From Vulcanimicrobiaceae bacterium (lineage in GTDB: Bacteria; Vulcanimicrobiota; Vulcanimicrobiia; Vulcanimicrobiales; Vulcanimicrobiaceae): 37,197 nt of DNA. The position numbers and the translations under genes were made by a program. Positions 16,711 to 27,642 of the stretch are shown here, piece by piece. Position 1 is the stretch's first letter, and each line of letters opens with the position of its first letter. The stretch is from the NCBI GenBank assembly GCA_046262595.1, contig JBHEMM010000008.1, positions 6,231 through 43,427 of the forward strand, given 5' to 3'. The notes under the pieces are model-generated. The model had not been told where the DNA came from and did no database searches. It was given only the letters and a program-made list of their open reading frames with translations.

Positions 16711-17938
16711 GGAAACACGCCGCATTGGATTTCAGGCCGATGCGCTCCTGGAACCGCAGGAAGCGCTCGCGCGTTATTTCGCCGCTGCACAGCTGGCTGC
16801 GCCGCAAGGCGAGCTCGTTGATTTCTCATGCGCGCGCGGCCGCTTTTTAGCGGCTGCGATAACGGCGCAGACAGACTATCCCGCAGCGCCGCGCTCGGCG
16901 ATGGACGGCTTCGCGGCGCGTTCGAACGAATTGCCGGCGCGATTAAAAATTGCGGGCGTGATACGCATGGGCACGCCATGGCCCTCGCCGTTGGCGCACG
17001 GGTGCGCGCTGCGGATTCCAACGGGCGGCGTTGTTCCCGAGGGCGCCGACACGGTCGTGCCCATTGAAGACGCGCACACCGACGGCGCTTACGTCACGCT
17101 CCCGGCGGGGCCGCCGGGCGATTGCGTTACGCCCGCCGGCTCCGACATGCGCGCCGGTGAAACGGTGCTCGAGCCCGGATGCCGTTTAGGTCCGGCGCAT
17201 CTGGCGCTGCTGGCAACGTTGGGTGTCGTACGCGTTCCCGTGTTCCGCCGCCCGAGAATCGCGGTGCTCTCGAGCGGCGACGAACTGGTTGCGCCCGCGC
17301 TCGAGCCCGGGCCGGGAGAAATTCGCGACTCCAACCGGTACGGCGTTGCGGCCGCGATCGAGGCGATGGGCGCGCTCGCGGTGCACCTTCCGACCGCACG
17401 CGATGACGCCGGGATGCTGGAACGGCTGCTGCGTGAGGCGCTCGAGCAGTGTGACGGTGTAGTCATGACCGGCGGATCGTCGGTCGGTGACAAGGATCTC
17501 ACTCCGGCGATCGTCGCTCGTCTCGGCAGGCCGGGGCTGATCGTCCACGGTTTACGCGTGAAGCCGGGCAAGCCAACCGTCTTGGGCGCTGCGGCCGGTA
17601 AGCCGGTGATCGGGCTACCCGGAAACCCCGTCTCGGCTTTGGCGATTGTGGAGATGGTGGCGCGGCCGGTCCTGGAGTATCTCACCGGTTGCGGCGAATC
17701 GCCGCCTTTGTTTGCTGCGGTCCTGGGCGTGCCGCTGCGCAAGCGGGCCGGATGGACGTGGTTCGTGCCGGCCCGCCTCGACGAGGCGGCGATGCCTGCA
17801 ATAGCGTATCCGCTGCAGTTGCGGTCGAGTTCGGTCAGCCTGCTCGCCCGCGCTGCATGTCTGCTGGTCTTAGGCGAAGAGATCGAGTTGTTGCCTACCG
17901 GAGCACCGGTCGCCGTGCGGCGGTTGGGCGGGAGTTAA
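16709..17938 (+). CDS. moeA: Molybdopterin molybdotransferase MoeA
   Basis: RSAMDGFA, IPTGG..PEGADTVVPIED, SSGDEL, IRDSN, TGGSSVGDKD, KPGKP, GLPGNPVS. Confidence 0.95.
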   Translation: METRRIGFQADALLEPQEALARYFAAAQLAAPQGELVDFSCARGRFLAAAITAQTDYPAAPRSAMDGFAARSNELPARLKIAGVIRMGTPWPSPLAHGCALRIPTGGVVPEGADTVVPIEDAHTDGAYVTLPAGPPGDCVTPAGSDMRAGETVLEPGCRLGPAHLALLATLGVVRVPVFRRPRIAVLSSGDELVAPALEPGPGEIRDSNRYGVAAAIEAMGALAVHLPTARDDAGMLERLLREALEQCDGVVMTGGSSVGDKDLTPAIVARLGRPGLIVHGLRVKPGKPTVLGAAAGKPVIGLPGNPVSALAIVEMVARPVLEYLTGCGESPPLFAAVLGVPLRKRAGWTWFVPARLDEAAMPAIAYPLQLRSSSVSLLARAACLLVLGEEIELLPTGAPVAVRRLGGS

Positions 17939-17939
17939 T

Positions 17940-19046
17940 CTGAACACAGAACATTCGGCGGCGCCGCACATCGAAGCGATTCCGCAGGTCACGCCGTTCG
18001 TCGGCCCCGAGCAGCTCATGCGCGAACGGCGCTTGAGTTCGCTGTTGCGTTTGGGCGCGAACGAAAGCTCCTTCGGCGTTTCTCCCCGCGCCGTGGCCGC
18101 GATGGCCGCAGAACTGCCGCGGCTCGCGTGGTACGGCGATCCGCAGTCGTACGAGCTGCGCGAAGCAGTGGCCGCCGCCCACGGCTGCGCGTTCGAGAAC
18201 ATCAGCGTCGGCAGCGGCATCGACGACCTCATGGGATTGGCGGTGCGCGCCTTCACCGCACCCGGTTCGATCGCGCTCACGACGCTGGGAACGTATCCCA
18301 CGTTCGCTTATCACGTCGCCGGTTACAGCGCGCACTTGGAAACAGTGCCGTATACCGCGCAAGGTTCTGTCGATGTCCACGCGCTCGCGCGGCGCGCGAA
18401 CGAAATCCAGCCCGCCATGGTGTACGTGGCAAACCCCGACAATCCCAGCGGATCGCTGCTGCGGCCCGAGGAGGTCGCGCATTTGTTCGAGCGGCTGCCC
18501 GCGCGCACGCTGCTGATCTTGGATGAGGCGTACGCCGACTTTGCGCCGCCGGACGCCGCCCCCGTGCTGCCCGTTCATCCGCGGCTCTTGCGCCTGCGCA
18601 CGTTTTCAAAAGCGTATGGGCTTGCCGGAGCGCGCATCGGCTACGCGATCGGGCATGAGCGCAACCTGCAGACGTTCGAAAAGATCTCGCTGCAGTACGG
18701 CGTGAACCGCAACGCGCAGGTCGGCGCGCTCGCCGCGCTCGCGGACCGGTCGTTCTATCGCAGCGTCTTGGACGGCGTTGCCGCTGGGCGCGAAGAGTAT
18801 TACGCGCTCGCGCAATCGCTGGGGTGCGGATTCTTGCGTTCGCACGCGAACTTCGTCTGCATCGATTTTGGCACGCGCGAGCGCGCCGAACAAGTTTTGC
18901 GCGCGCTGCTCGAGCGCGGCGTGTTCGTGCGCAAGCCTGCTGCCGCTCCGCTCGACCGGTTCGTGCGCGTGAGCGTCGGAACGCCGGCGGAGCGTGAAGC
19001 GTTCGCCCGGCGTCTGCGCGAAGCGGTCACGGATCTCGCCGCATGA
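17940..19046 (+). CDS. Histidinol-phosphate transaminase-like PLP aminotransferase; probable CTG start
   Basis: LGANES, YGDP, NPDNPSG, DEAY, RTFSKAYGLAGARIGY; PFVGPE segment lies upstream of first ATG (18018). Confidence 0.88.
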   Translation: MNTEHSAAPHIEAIPQVTPFVGPEQLMRERRLSSLLRLGANESSFGVSPRAVAAMAAELPRLAWYGDPQSYELREAVAAAHGCAFENISVGSGIDDLMGLAVRAFTAPGSIALTTLGTYPTFAYHVAGYSAHLETVPYTAQGSVDVHALARRANEIQPAMVYVANPDNPSGSLLRPEEVAHLFERLPARTLLILDEAYADFAPPDAAPVLPVHPRLLRLRTFSKAYGLAGARIGYAIGHERNLQTFEKISLQYGVNRNAQVGALAALADRSFYRSVLDGVAAGREEYYALAQSLGCGFLRSHANFVCIDFGTRERAEQVLRALLERGVFVRKPAAAPLDRFVRVSVGTPAEREAFARRLREAVTDLAA

Positions 19047-19768
19047 AGTACGCGGTGGTGAGCGATATCCATGCGAATCTCGAGTCGCTCGAAAAGGCGC
19101 TCTCGCTCATCGGTGAAGACGAGACGATCTTGTGTTTGGGCGACATCGTCGGTTACGGACCCAATCCCAACGAGTGCGTGCGTCTGGTGCGCGATCGTGC
19201 GACGGAAACGGTGCTGGGCAATCACGACGTTGCGGCGGTCGACAACTTCGGCGTTGAATATTTCAATCCGGCTGCGCGCCGCGCCATCGAATGGACGCAG
19301 CGCGTCATCGACAAAGACGTCATCGTATGGCTGAACTCGCTCAGCTACGAGATGCGTCATCCGGCGTTCCTCATGGTGCACGGCGCGCCGGTGCATTACT
19401 TCGAATATTTGCTCGACAAACGGCACGCGCGCGCGGCGTTCGACCGCACCGACGCGCCGCTGATCTTCGTCGGGCACACGCACATCGCAGAGTATTATTC
19501 GCTCGATGCCGCCGGCGAAGTCGGGCACGCGCATATGCAGCACGGCGGCGAGCTGCATATGGAAGAGGGGAAGCGCTACATCGTTGACGTGGGCAGCATC
19601 GGCCAACCGCGGGATCTCAATCCGCAGCCGTGCTTCGTGCGCTATGACGATGAAACGCAGGTCGTTCAGTGGGTGCGATACGACTACGCCGTTGATGAAG
19701 TCAAAGCGAAAATGGTTTTGGCGGAGCTGCCGGCGGCCCTTGCTGCCCGCTTGGACGTCGGGCGCTAG
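19043..19768 (+). CDS. Metallophosphoesterase family protein
   Basis: SDIHAN, LGDIVGYG, GNHD, HG, GHTH, GSIGQPRD. Confidence 0.93.
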   Translation: MKYAVVSDIHANLESLEKALSLIGEDETILCLGDIVGYGPNPNECVRLVRDRATETVLGNHDVAAVDNFGVEYFNPAARRAIEWTQRVIDKDVIVWLNSLSYEMRHPAFLMVHGAPVHYFEYLLDKRHARAAFDRTDAPLIFVGHTHIAEYYSLDAAGEVGHAHMQHGGELHMEEGKRYIVDVGSIGQPRDLNPQPCFVRYDDETQVVQWVRYDYAVDEVKAKMVLAELPAALAARLDVGR

Positions 19769-20184
19769 TGGCCGCGATCGCTCCGGTTGACGACGGCCGG
19801 TGTTTTGTCTGCGGGCCGCACAACGCACACGGCTTGAAGGTGCGCTTCGAACGCGACGGCGAGGCGGGCGTGTGTGCGCGCACGGAGCTGCGCGGCGAGT
19901 TCCAAGGGTGGCAAGGTATCGCGCACGGCGGTGTAGCGCTGGCTTTGCTCGACGAAGCGATGGCGCACGCCGCGGGCGCCGCAGGCTACCGCGGAATGAC
20001 TGCAAGTTTGAATGCCCGTTTCCGCAAACCGGTTCCGCTCGAGACGCCGCTGACGATCGAGGCCCGCGTGAAGTGGATGCGCCGCAACGTGCTGGAGATC
20101 GAAGCCAGCGTGCGCGATGAGTCGGGAGAAGTGCTGCTGCAGGGTGAAGGGCGTTTCGTTGCGCGCGGGCGCATGCAGGCATAA
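19768..20184 (+). CDS. PaaI-family thioesterase
   Basis: CFVCG..N..GL, QGWQGIAHGG, LLDE hotdog-fold motif. Confidence 0.9.
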   Translation: MAAIAPVDDGRCFVCGPHNAHGLKVRFERDGEAGVCARTELRGEFQGWQGIAHGGVALALLDEAMAHAAGAAGYRGMTASLNARFRKPVPLETPLTIEARVKWMRRNVLEIEASVRDESGEVLLQGEGRFVARGRMQA

Positions 20185-20667
20185 ATGGCAAAGTCCAAAG
20201 AAGCGCGCGTTGCCAAAAAGGCAGCCGAGAAAAATCTTTCGCCGAGCATCGAGAACCGCCGCGCGCGGCACGAGTATCATATTCTGGAGTCGCTCGAGGC
20301 CGGCATCGTGCTCACCGGCACCGAGATCAAATCGATCCGCCAAGGCGGCGTGAGTTTAAATGAAGCGTACGCACGCACGCGCGACGGCGAGCTGTGGCTG
20401 CTCGGCATGCACGTTCCTGCGTACAAGCAGGGCAGCTTCTCAAACGTCGATCCCAACCGTCCTCGTAAATTGCTGCTGCACAAAGAACAGGCGGCGCGTC
20501 TGGGCGGCCGCGCCGCAGAAAAAGGATTGACCCTCGTTCCGCTGCGCCTGTACTTCACGCGCGGCAAAGTGAAGATTGAAGTCGGCTTGGCCAAAGGCAA
20601 AAAAATCTGGGACAAGCGCGAGAGCATCGCCAAGCGCGACGTCGAACGCGAACTTGCGCGGCACTGA
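20185..20667 (+). CDS. smpB: SsrA-binding protein SmpB
   Basis: NRRARHEY, EAGIVLTGTEIKSIR, RKLLLHK, GKKIWDKR. Confidence 0.98.
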   Translation: MAKSKEARVAKKAAEKNLSPSIENRRARHEYHILESLEAGIVLTGTEIKSIRQGGVSLNEAYARTRDGELWLLGMHVPAYKQGSFSNVDPNRPRKLLLHKEQAARLGGRAAEKGLTLVPLRLYFTRGKVKIEVGLAKGKKIWDKRESIAKRDVERELARH

Positions 20668-20671
20668 AGAC

Positions 20672-21562
20672 GTGCGCGGTACGCATCCCCTTCGCGCGCT
20701 CGAGCGCGCAGTTCGAACCGGCGGCGCCCTCGCACGCGGCGACCGCGTCCTGATCGCCTGCAGCGGCGGTTCGGACAGCGTGGGGCTGGCCGCGCTGCTG
20801 TGCACCATTGCCAAGCCGCTTGGGCTGCAGATCACGCTCGCCCATGTGAACCACGGCATCCGCGATTCGGCCTGGCAGGACGAAGCCGTCGTGCTGCGCG
20901 TTTCGGCAGCGCTTGGCGTTCCCGTGAAGATCGTCGCGCTGCAGAATGCCGCTGCGCGTGAAGCGGAGTTGCGTGAGGCGCGGTACGGCGCGCTCTGTGC
21001 GCTCGCGCGCCGTTGCGGAGCGAACGTTGTGGCGACGGGGCATACCGCCGAGGACCAGACCGAAACCGTGCTGCTGGCGCTCTTTCGCGGTGCCGGAACC
21101 GCCGGGATTGCCGGTATGCCTGCGCGCCGCGCGCTCGACGAGGGCGTCGAACTCGCCCGGCCTTTGCTTAGGCTCACGCGCGGGCAGGTGACCGGGTATG
21201 TGCAGAGCGCGGGTCTGCCGTACGCCGTCGACCCCACCAATGCTGATTTGACCTTGCGCCGCAATGCCGTCCGTGAAGCCCTGCTTGCGCTGCGGCCGCT
21301 CTTTCCGCGGCTTGATGAAGCGGTTTCGCGGGCGGCGCTTTTGGTCGGCGACGAACTCGCCGGCAGCCCCCAGGCAGCGCGCAGGCACCTCGTCCGGCGG
21401 ACGCTGCAAGACAGCGATGCGCTCGATGGCGTGGATTTTGCGCACATCGAGGCGGCTGTGCGGGCGCTGGAGACCGGGCGGTCCGGGCGTTTCGCCATGG
21501 CCCGCGGTGTGGAACTCACGGTTGAGAACGGCGCCGTGGCGGTACACCGAGAGGTACGATGA
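20672..21562 (+). CDS. tilS: tRNA(Ile)-lysidine synthetase
   Basis: SGGSDS PP-loop, HVNHGIR, REARY, GHTAEDQTET, RPLL, DPTN..RN; tilS-hpt-ftsH synteny. Confidence 0.95.
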   Translation: MRGTHPLRALERAVRTGGALARGDRVLIACSGGSDSVGLAALLCTIAKPLGLQITLAHVNHGIRDSAWQDEAVVLRVSAALGVPVKIVALQNAAAREAELREARYGALCALARRCGANVVATGHTAEDQTETVLLALFRGAGTAGIAGMPARRALDEGVELARPLLRLTRGQVTGYVQSAGLPYAVDPTNADLTLRRNAVREALLALRPLFPRLDEAVSRAALLVGDELAGSPQAARRHLVRRTLQDSDALDGVDFAHIEAAVRALETGRSGRFAMARGVELTVENGAVAVHREVR

Positions 21563-22137
21563 ACCGGTCCGGCGTCTTGCGCGTGCTGTTCGACCAAGAT
21601 GAAATAGCGGGAGCCCTCGGGCGCATGGCGCAGGAGATCGCGCGCGACTACCGCGGCCGGCCGCTGCTGGTGCTGGGCGTACTCAAAGGCGCGCTGTACG
21701 TCACCGCGGACTTGATTCGCGCCATCGCTGCCGTGCCGGACGGGCCAAGCGCGATCGAAGTTGATTTCCTGGTCGTTTCCAGCTACGGCAACGCGACACG
21801 TTCCAGCGGCGAAGTACGTTTGTTAAAGGATACGGCGGCGAATATCACCGGACGCAACGTGCTCGTGGTCGAGGATATCATCGACAACGGCCTCACGCTG
21901 CAGTATCTTCGCGCGTTGCTGGGTGGCCGCGGGCCGCTTACGCTGCGCTCCTGCGTGCTCTTCGATAAGCCGTACCACCGCGTCGTGAACGTGCCCGTGG
22001 AGTATGTCGGGCTGAAGGCTCCCGATGAGTTCGTCGTAGGGTACGGTTTAGACTACCGGGAAAGCTATCGTAATCTGCCGTTTCTGGGGCAGCTCGAGCC
22101 ATGGGCTTTTGCTGCAAGCGGGCCGGTTCAAAAGTAA
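21559..22137 (+). CDS. hpt: Hypoxanthine phosphoribosyltransferase
   Basis: [36 protein letters not shown]. Confidence 0.96.
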   Translation: MNRSGVLRVLFDQDEIAGALGRMAQEIARDYRGRPLLVLGVLKGALYVTADLIRAIAAVPDGPSAIEVDFLVVSSYGNATRSSGEVRLLKDTAANITGRNVLVVEDIIDNGLTLQYLRALLGGRGPLTLRSCVLFDKPYHRVVNVPVEYVGLKAPDEFVVGYGLDYRESYRNLPFLGQLEPWAFAASGPVQK

Positions 22138-22147
22138 GGTAAATGTA

Positions 22148-24058
22148 GTGACGAAGCATCTGCGGAGCATCCTTCTCGTCGTCGTGGCATGTTTGATCGT
22201 GCTGATCGTCGTGCAGAAACTGTTCCAGGCCCCCACGGATCAGACGCGGCTGGATTACGGCGCGTTCTATCAAAAACTCGAGCACAACCAGATTAAGAGC
22301 CTCCACGCCGTTGGTTACGACGTCTCGGGCGACCTCAAGGACGGAAGCCACTACGTCACGACGATCCCCAACCGCGACTCGGCCTTCGTCACGCAGGTCG
22401 TGCAGCACGTCAGCGGGCCGGTCACGTGGGAGACGCCGACGAGCGGATCGCTCTTTACCTCGCTGATCAGCATCGCGCCGTTCTTGCTGCTCGGCGCGTT
22501 CATCTTCATTATCTTGCGGCAGGCGCAGAACGGCGGCAGTCAAGCCCTCTCGTTCGGACGCTCGCGCGCAAAGATGCTTTCCGAGAACCGCCCGAAAGTG
22601 ACGTTCGCCGACGTTGCCGGCGTGGACGAAGCCAAAGAAGAGCTGGGCGAGATCGTCGAGTTCCTTAAGTATCCCAAGAAGTTCCAGGCGCTCGGCGCGA
22701 GGATCCCCAAGGGCGTGCTGCTGCTCGGGCCGCCCGGCTCGGGCAAAACGCTGCTGGCGCGCGCGATCGCGGGCGAGGCCGGCGTGCCGTTCTTCTCGAT
22801 CTCCGGCTCGGATTTCGTTGAGATGTTTGTGGGCGTAGGCGCATCGCGCGTGCGCGACCTATTCGACCAAGCCAAGAAATCCGCGCCGTGCATCATCTTT
22901 ATCGACGAAATCGACGCGGTCGGCCGTCAGCGCGGCGCCGGCTTGGGCGGCGGACACGACGAGCGCGAACAGACGCTCAATCAGCTGCTCGTCGAAATGG
23001 ATGGCTTCGATCAGAACACCGGCGTGATCTTGATCGCTGCAACGAACCGGCCGGACGTGCTCGATCCGGCGCTGCTGCGCCCCGGACGTTTCGACCGGCA
23101 GATCGTCGTCGACCGTGCCGATATGAAGGGCCGTCAAAAGATCCTCGAAGTGCATGCGCGCAACAAGCCGCTCGGCAAAGAAGTGCAGCTCGAAACGCTG
23201 GCAAAGCGCACGCCGGGCTTCTCCGGCGCCGATTTGGAGAACTTGCTGAACGAGGCCGCGCTGCTCGCCGCGCGCCGCAACAAGACCGTCATCGAAATGA
23301 ACGATTGTGACGAGGCGATCGATCGCGTCATGGTTGGCCCGGAACGAAAATCCATCGTAATGTCGCAAAAAGAAAAAGAGAACACGGCGTATCACGAATC
23401 CGGCCACGCCGTGATCGGCGGCCTCACCGAGAAAAGCGACCCCATTCACAAAGTGACGATCATCCCGCGTGGCATGGCGCTGGGCATCACGTGGTCGCTT
23501 CCCGAAGACGATCGCCACAGCCAAACCAAGGAAGAACTCTTGGCGCTCATCACGCGGATGCTCGGCGGCCGGCTTGCCGAAGAGATCAAATTCAAAGACG
23601 TCACCACCGGCGCGAGCAACGACTTCGAGAAAGCGACCGAAGTTGCGCGCCGCATGGTCACGCAATACGGCATGTCCGAAACGCTGGGCCCGATTCAATA
23701 CGGCCGCGGCCAGCATCAGGTCTTCCTGGGCCGCGACTTGGGTGAAGAGCGCAACTATTCCGAGGAGATCGCCTCGAAGATCGACGCAGAAGTGCGGCGC
23801 ATCATCGAGAGTTGTTACGAGCGCGGCCGCGTGCTCCTCAGCAAGAACTGGAGCAAAGTCGAACGCATGGTGGGCTCGCTCTTGGAATACGAAACGGTGG
23901 ACGCGGAAGAAGTGCGCGCCATTCTGGAAGATCGCCCGTACAACCGCGGCGGCGGCGCCCCGGCTCCTGCCGATGCGGTACCTCCCGCGCCGGAGGGCGG
24001 GAAACGCGCCGACGCGCCCAAGCGCTTTCCGCCGAATATCTCGCCGGAACCGGCATGA
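22148..24058 (+). CDS. ftsH: ATP-dependent zinc metalloprotease FtsH
   Basis: Two [32 protein letters not shown]. Confidence 0.98.
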   Translation: MTKHLRSILLVVVACLIVLIVVQKLFQAPTDQTRLDYGAFYQKLEHNQIKSLHAVGYDVSGDLKDGSHYVTTIPNRDSAFVTQVVQHVSGPVTWETPTSGSLFTSLISIAPFLLLGAFIFIILRQAQNGGSQALSFGRSRAKMLSENRPKVTFADVAGVDEAKEELGEIVEFLKYPKKFQALGARIPKGVLLLGPPGSGKTLLARAIAGEAGVPFFSISGSDFVEMFVGVGASRVRDLFDQAKKSAPCIIFIDEIDAVGRQRGAGLGGGHDEREQTLNQLLVEMDGFDQNTGVILIAATNRPDVLDPALLRPGRFDRQIVVDRADMKGRQKILEVHARNKPLGKEVQLETLAKRTPGFSGADLENLLNEAALLAARRNKTVIEMNDCDEAIDRVMVGPERKSIVMSQKEKENTAYHESGHAVIGGLTEKSDPIHKVTIIPRGMALGITWSLPEDDRHSQTKEELLALITRMLGGRLAEEIKFKDVTTGASNDFEKATEVARRMVTQYGMSETLGPIQYGRGQHQVFLGRDLGEERNYSEEIASKIDAEVRRIIESCYERGRVLLSKNWSKVERMVGSLLEYETVDAEEVRAILEDRPYNRGGGAPAPADAVPPAPEGGKRADAPKRFPPNISPEPA

Positions 24059-25326
24059 TCGCTGCGATCGCGCTCGCTGCTGCGGTGTCCGGTGCAACGC
24101 AGTTGACCGGCGCATTGCCGGGCGGCAGCCAATACATCATGCATCGCGACACGGCGGCGGCAACGGCAGCGATCGAACTTTGGTACCGCGCGCCTTCCGC
24201 CGGATACGACAATGCAAGCCCCGGCATTGCGCGTTTAACCATCGCCGCGCTTGCCGTTTCCGCGCGGCCGCACGGCTCTTCGCTGGCGGAGATCGTCAAA
24301 CGCAGCGGCGGGTACCTTTCGATCGACGTTTACTCCGACATCGCAATGATCGGCGCAAACGTGCCGTCGTGGCAAGCGCCTGCGGTGCTCAAAGCGTTGA
24401 CGTCAACCTATTTTTCACCCGCGATAACCGACGCCGGCTTAAAAGCCGCCTTGCGCGACAGCACCATCGTCGCGGCGCAGCAGCAGTACGATGCGCCGCA
24501 GGTGCTGCAGAACGCCCTCTTCGAGCGTTTGTTCGCCGCAGGCGCGGCACACTACGCGCCCGTTCCGTCCACGCAAGCCGCGTTCTCAAAGATCGCTCCC
24601 CAAGACCTGCGCGCGTTTGCCGCGCGCGCGCTGCGCGAGCAGAACGCAGTCCTTTCCATCGCCGGCAACGTTGACGCCGGCATCCTCGCGAACATTCCCC
24701 GCCTCAGCGCCGCGCAAGCCGCTCCGGCCGACCCGCCGTTCGACTCCACGCCGTCAGGCGCCGCCGTCGATGCGACCGTTGCTGCGCCCGTAGCGGGCTT
24801 GGGCATTGCATGGCTTGGGCCGCCGATTGCGGATGCGAAGGCCGCCACGGCGATGGACTTCATCGCGGATTATCTGTTCGATCCCTCGTACGGCGCTCTG
24901 GCCTCGGCGCTGCAGCAGACGAACGGCGACCTTTTCATATCGGGCCAATTTATCACGCTGCACCGGCCCGGCGTGCTCATTGCGACCATCGGGGGCGCGA
25001 ATGCGAACGCTGCGCGCGCGCAAGTGCTCCAAGCCGCAGCCGCAATGAGCAAACCGCTCGAGGGCAAAGTGTTTGAAGCCGCGCGCAACGCGTTCGTCTA
25101 CCGCATTCTGGCCGAATCGCAGACGCCCGCCTCGCATGCCGACAATGCCGGCTGGTACGCCGTGGAAGGTGATGCGGGATACGCGCCGGGCGATGAATCG
25201 CGCCGTTATCTGCACATTGCGAACTCGCTCGATGCCGCCTATGTCGCCTCCGTCGCGGCGCAGTATCTTCAGCATGCGGCGATCGTGCAATTGCTCACCG
25301 CTGCAGCGCCCGGGTCTTCAACATGA
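24055..25326 (+). CDS. Exported M16 (insulinase)-like protein lacking HxxEH
   Basis: Signal peptide; IELWYRA...PGIARL aligns with the M16 N-terminal pattern without zinc ligands; LSIAGNVD. Confidence 0.7.
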   Translation: MIAAIALAAAVSGATQLTGALPGGSQYIMHRDTAAATAAIELWYRAPSAGYDNASPGIARLTIAALAVSARPHGSSLAEIVKRSGGYLSIDVYSDIAMIGANVPSWQAPAVLKALTSTYFSPAITDAGLKAALRDSTIVAAQQQYDAPQVLQNALFERLFAAGAAHYAPVPSTQAAFSKIAPQDLRAFAARALREQNAVLSIAGNVDAGILANIPRLSAAQAAPADPPFDSTPSGAAVDATVAAPVAGLGIAWLGPPIADAKAATAMDFIADYLFDPSYGALASALQQTNGDLFISGQFITLHRPGVLIATIGGANANAARAQVLQAAAAMSKPLEGKVFEAARNAFVYRILAESQTPASHADNAGWYAVEGDAGYAPGDESRRYLHIANSLDAAYVASVAAQYLQHAAIVQLLTAAAPGSST

Positions 25327-26564
25327 AAGGTGTCGCCGCGCTCCTCGCGCTCATCCTGCTGACGGCTGCCGCGCCGGCACGTGTAACCTTCGTGCAGCAG
25401 CCGGACGCCGCGGCCGATTTGATCGGAACGCAAGTGCTCCTGCAAGCGGGCCTGGACCGCGAAGCGCCCTCGCAGAACGGCTTGGCCGCGCTTACGGCGC
25501 AAACGATCCTGCGCACCCCCGTCTCGAACATTCCGCTTGAAGATGCGGTGAAAGCGGCGGGCGGCTCCGTTTCGTTCGTCATGGCGCCCGGCCGCGTCCG
25601 CTTCTATCTGGAAGGGCCCGCTTCACGTTACGCGGTGCTGCAGCAGTTGTTTTCGACTGCCCTTGCACATCCCGATTTCACGCCCTCAACGGTCGTCGCC
25701 GCGCGCGTGCAGCTGAATAAAAAGATTGCGGCCGACCAGCGCTCGCCGCTGCGCGTCGGCATCGAGATGCTCGATCGCGCGTTCTATCAGAATTCCGACG
25801 CCGGTCTGCCGCGTTACGGCATCAGTGAAACGCTCGCCGGTTTCACGGCGGCCGACGTGCAAGCGTTCTATGCGGCGCATTACCGCGCGGGCGATGCATT
25901 GGTCAGTTCCGCCGGCAACACCGCCGCTGCAGGGGTTTCGCCTGCAGCGATCGTGCAGGCGCTGCCCGCGGGCACCTCGACGGCTATCGTCGTCCGGGCC
26001 GCGGCACTGCCCTCGACCTCGCGCCAACTCGTCGCCCGGCGCGACGTTCCCGTTCCGTGGCTGGTCGCGCAGTACGCCGCCCCGGCCGCCGGGAGCAAGG
26101 ACTTCGGCGCGATGCTGATCTTGACCGAGTTCATGCAGCGCACGCTTTCCGACGTTTCGGATGTCCCCGCGATCGCGACGCGATCGGCCGCCGAAAGCGG
26201 CGTCGGCGCCTACTACAACTTCGATTCCTCGCCCGCAAACGTCATTGTGTACGTGGACGGCGGCTTGGGCGATCCGGTGCGAACGTTTTCCATGGCACTT
26301 GGCGTCGTCGGGGTTTTGGGCCACGCGAAGCTGGGCGGCGACATCGCCGAGCTCAAAAACTTTGCCGCGGGGCGCCTGCTCGTCGATTCACAGACCGTGG
26401 AGCAGCGCGCGTATTTGGCCGCGCTGTTCGCCCGCAGCGGCGGCAACGCGCAGGCGCAGATATTGAAAGCGATCGATGCAACGAAAGCTGCGGACCTGCA
26501 GCGCGTTGCGGCGCGTTATCTCAACGCGCCGGCGATTGCGCTCGTCCTTCCGCGCTCGAAGTAG
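25323..26564 (+). CDS. Exported M16 (insulinase)-like protein lacking HxxEH
   Basis: Signal peptide; AGLDRE...NGLAALTA, HPDF, TAADVQAFYAAHY, ADLQRVAARYL. Confidence 0.78.
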   Translation: MKGVAALLALILLTAAAPARVTFVQQPDAAADLIGTQVLLQAGLDREAPSQNGLAALTAQTILRTPVSNIPLEDAVKAAGGSVSFVMAPGRVRFYLEGPASRYAVLQQLFSTALAHPDFTPSTVVAARVQLNKKIAADQRSPLRVGIEMLDRAFYQNSDAGLPRYGISETLAGFTAADVQAFYAAHYRAGDALVSSAGNTAAAGVSPAAIVQALPAGTSTAIVVRAAALPSTSRQLVARRDVPVPWLVAQYAAPAAGSKDFGAMLILTEFMQRTLSDVSDVPAIATRSAAESGVGAYYNFDSSPANVIVYVDGGLGDPVRTFSMALGVVGVLGHAKLGGDIAELKNFAAGRLLVDSQTVEQRAYLAALFARSGGNAQAQILKAIDATKAADLQRVAARYLNAPAIALVLPRSK

Positions 26565-26568
26565 TCCC

Positions 26569-27642
26569 TTGCGCGTCGCGCTCGTTCACGACTACCTCAA
26601 CCAGCGAGGCGGCGCCGAGCGCGTATTCGCGCACATTGCGCGCGCGTATCCCGATGCTCCGGTCTACACGGCGCTCTACGACGCGCGCCGCAACGGCGAT
26701 CTGGTCGCGCCGGCCCGCGTGCGAAGCTCGTTTCTCGCGCGCATTCCGGGGGCGAACCGCTTTTTCCGCTTTCTCGCGCCGCTGTATCCCCGGGCGTTCG
26801 AATCGTTCGACCTCAGCGGCTTCGACACCATCGTCAGTTCGACCACGGCGTGGGCCAAGGGCGTGCTGACGCCCCCCGGAGCACTGCACGTTTGCTACAT
26901 CAATACGGTGAGCCGTTTCTCGTTCGCGTATGAAGACTACGTCCGCAATCCGCTGCTGCGTCCGCTCGTCGCGCCTCTGGTCGCTTGGGATAAGCGCGCC
27001 GCAACGCGCCCCACGCTGTTCGTCGCGAACTCGCATAACGTTGCGCGGCGCGTGAAGAGCTACTACAACCGCGAGGCGCTCGTGCTGCATTGTCCGGTTG
27101 ACGTCGACCGGTTCGATGTCGGCCCGGGCGGCGGCGACTATTTTTTCATCGCCTCGCGCTTGCTGCCGTACAAGCGCATCGACGTTGCAATCCGCGCCGC
27201 GCAGCTCGCGCGCGTTCCTTTGTATGTCGCCGGTACCGGGCCGCAAGAGCGCGAGCTGCGCGATCTCGCCCGCGGCACGACGACGCGCATGCTGGGCTTT
27301 GTGTCGGACGCGCAGGTGAATGAGCTCTTGGGCAACGCGCGCGCGGCGATCTTGCCGGGCGAAGAAGATTTCGGTTTGGTGCCTCTCGAGGCCGCCGCTT
27401 GCGGGCGTCCGGCGATTGCGCTGCGGGCGGGCGGCGCGCTGGAAACGGTGCAGGAGGGCGTGACCGGCGCATTTTTTGATGAATCATCGCCGCGCTCCCT
27501 AGCAAACGTGCTGCGCAATTTCGACGGATCGCGCTTCGATCCGCAACGTCTGCGCGCCCACGCGCAAACCTTCGCGCCGCAGCAGTTTATCGACAATTTG
27601 CGCGCTATCGTGCGCCGCGCGCGAGATGCAGCAGCGCCGTAA
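26569..27642 (+). CDS. Glycosyltransferase family 4
   Basis: RVALVHDYLNQRGGAERV, SRLLPYKRID, EDFGLVPLEA; TTG start. Confidence 0.93.
   Translation: MRVALVHDYLNQRGGAERVFAHIARAYPDAPVYTALYDARRNGDLVAPARVRSSFLARIPGANRFFRFLAPLYPRAFESFDLSGFDTIVSSTTAWAKGVLTPPGALHVCYINTVSRFSFAYEDYVRNPLLRPLVAPLVAWDKRAATRPTLFVANSHNVARRVKSYYNREALVLHCPVDVDRFDVGPGGGDYFFIASRLLPYKRIDVAIRAAQLARVPLYVAGTGPQERELRDLARGTTTRMLGFVSDAQVNELLGNARAAILPGEEDFGLVPLEAAACGRPAIALRAGGALETVQEGVTGAFFDESSPRSLANVLRNFDGSRFDPQRLRAHAQTFAPQQFIDNLRAIVRRARDAAAP

Noticed and set aside
20185..20700. tmRNA gene next to smpB
   Set aside because: tilS begins 4 nt after smpB; no ssrA-like sequence found
22859..24115. 418-aa antisense ORF opposite ftsH (also long shadow ORFs at 3501-4907, 18800-20191, 31333-32544)
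   Set aside because: Overlap well-supported genes; typical stop-poor shadow frames in high-GC DNA with no motifs
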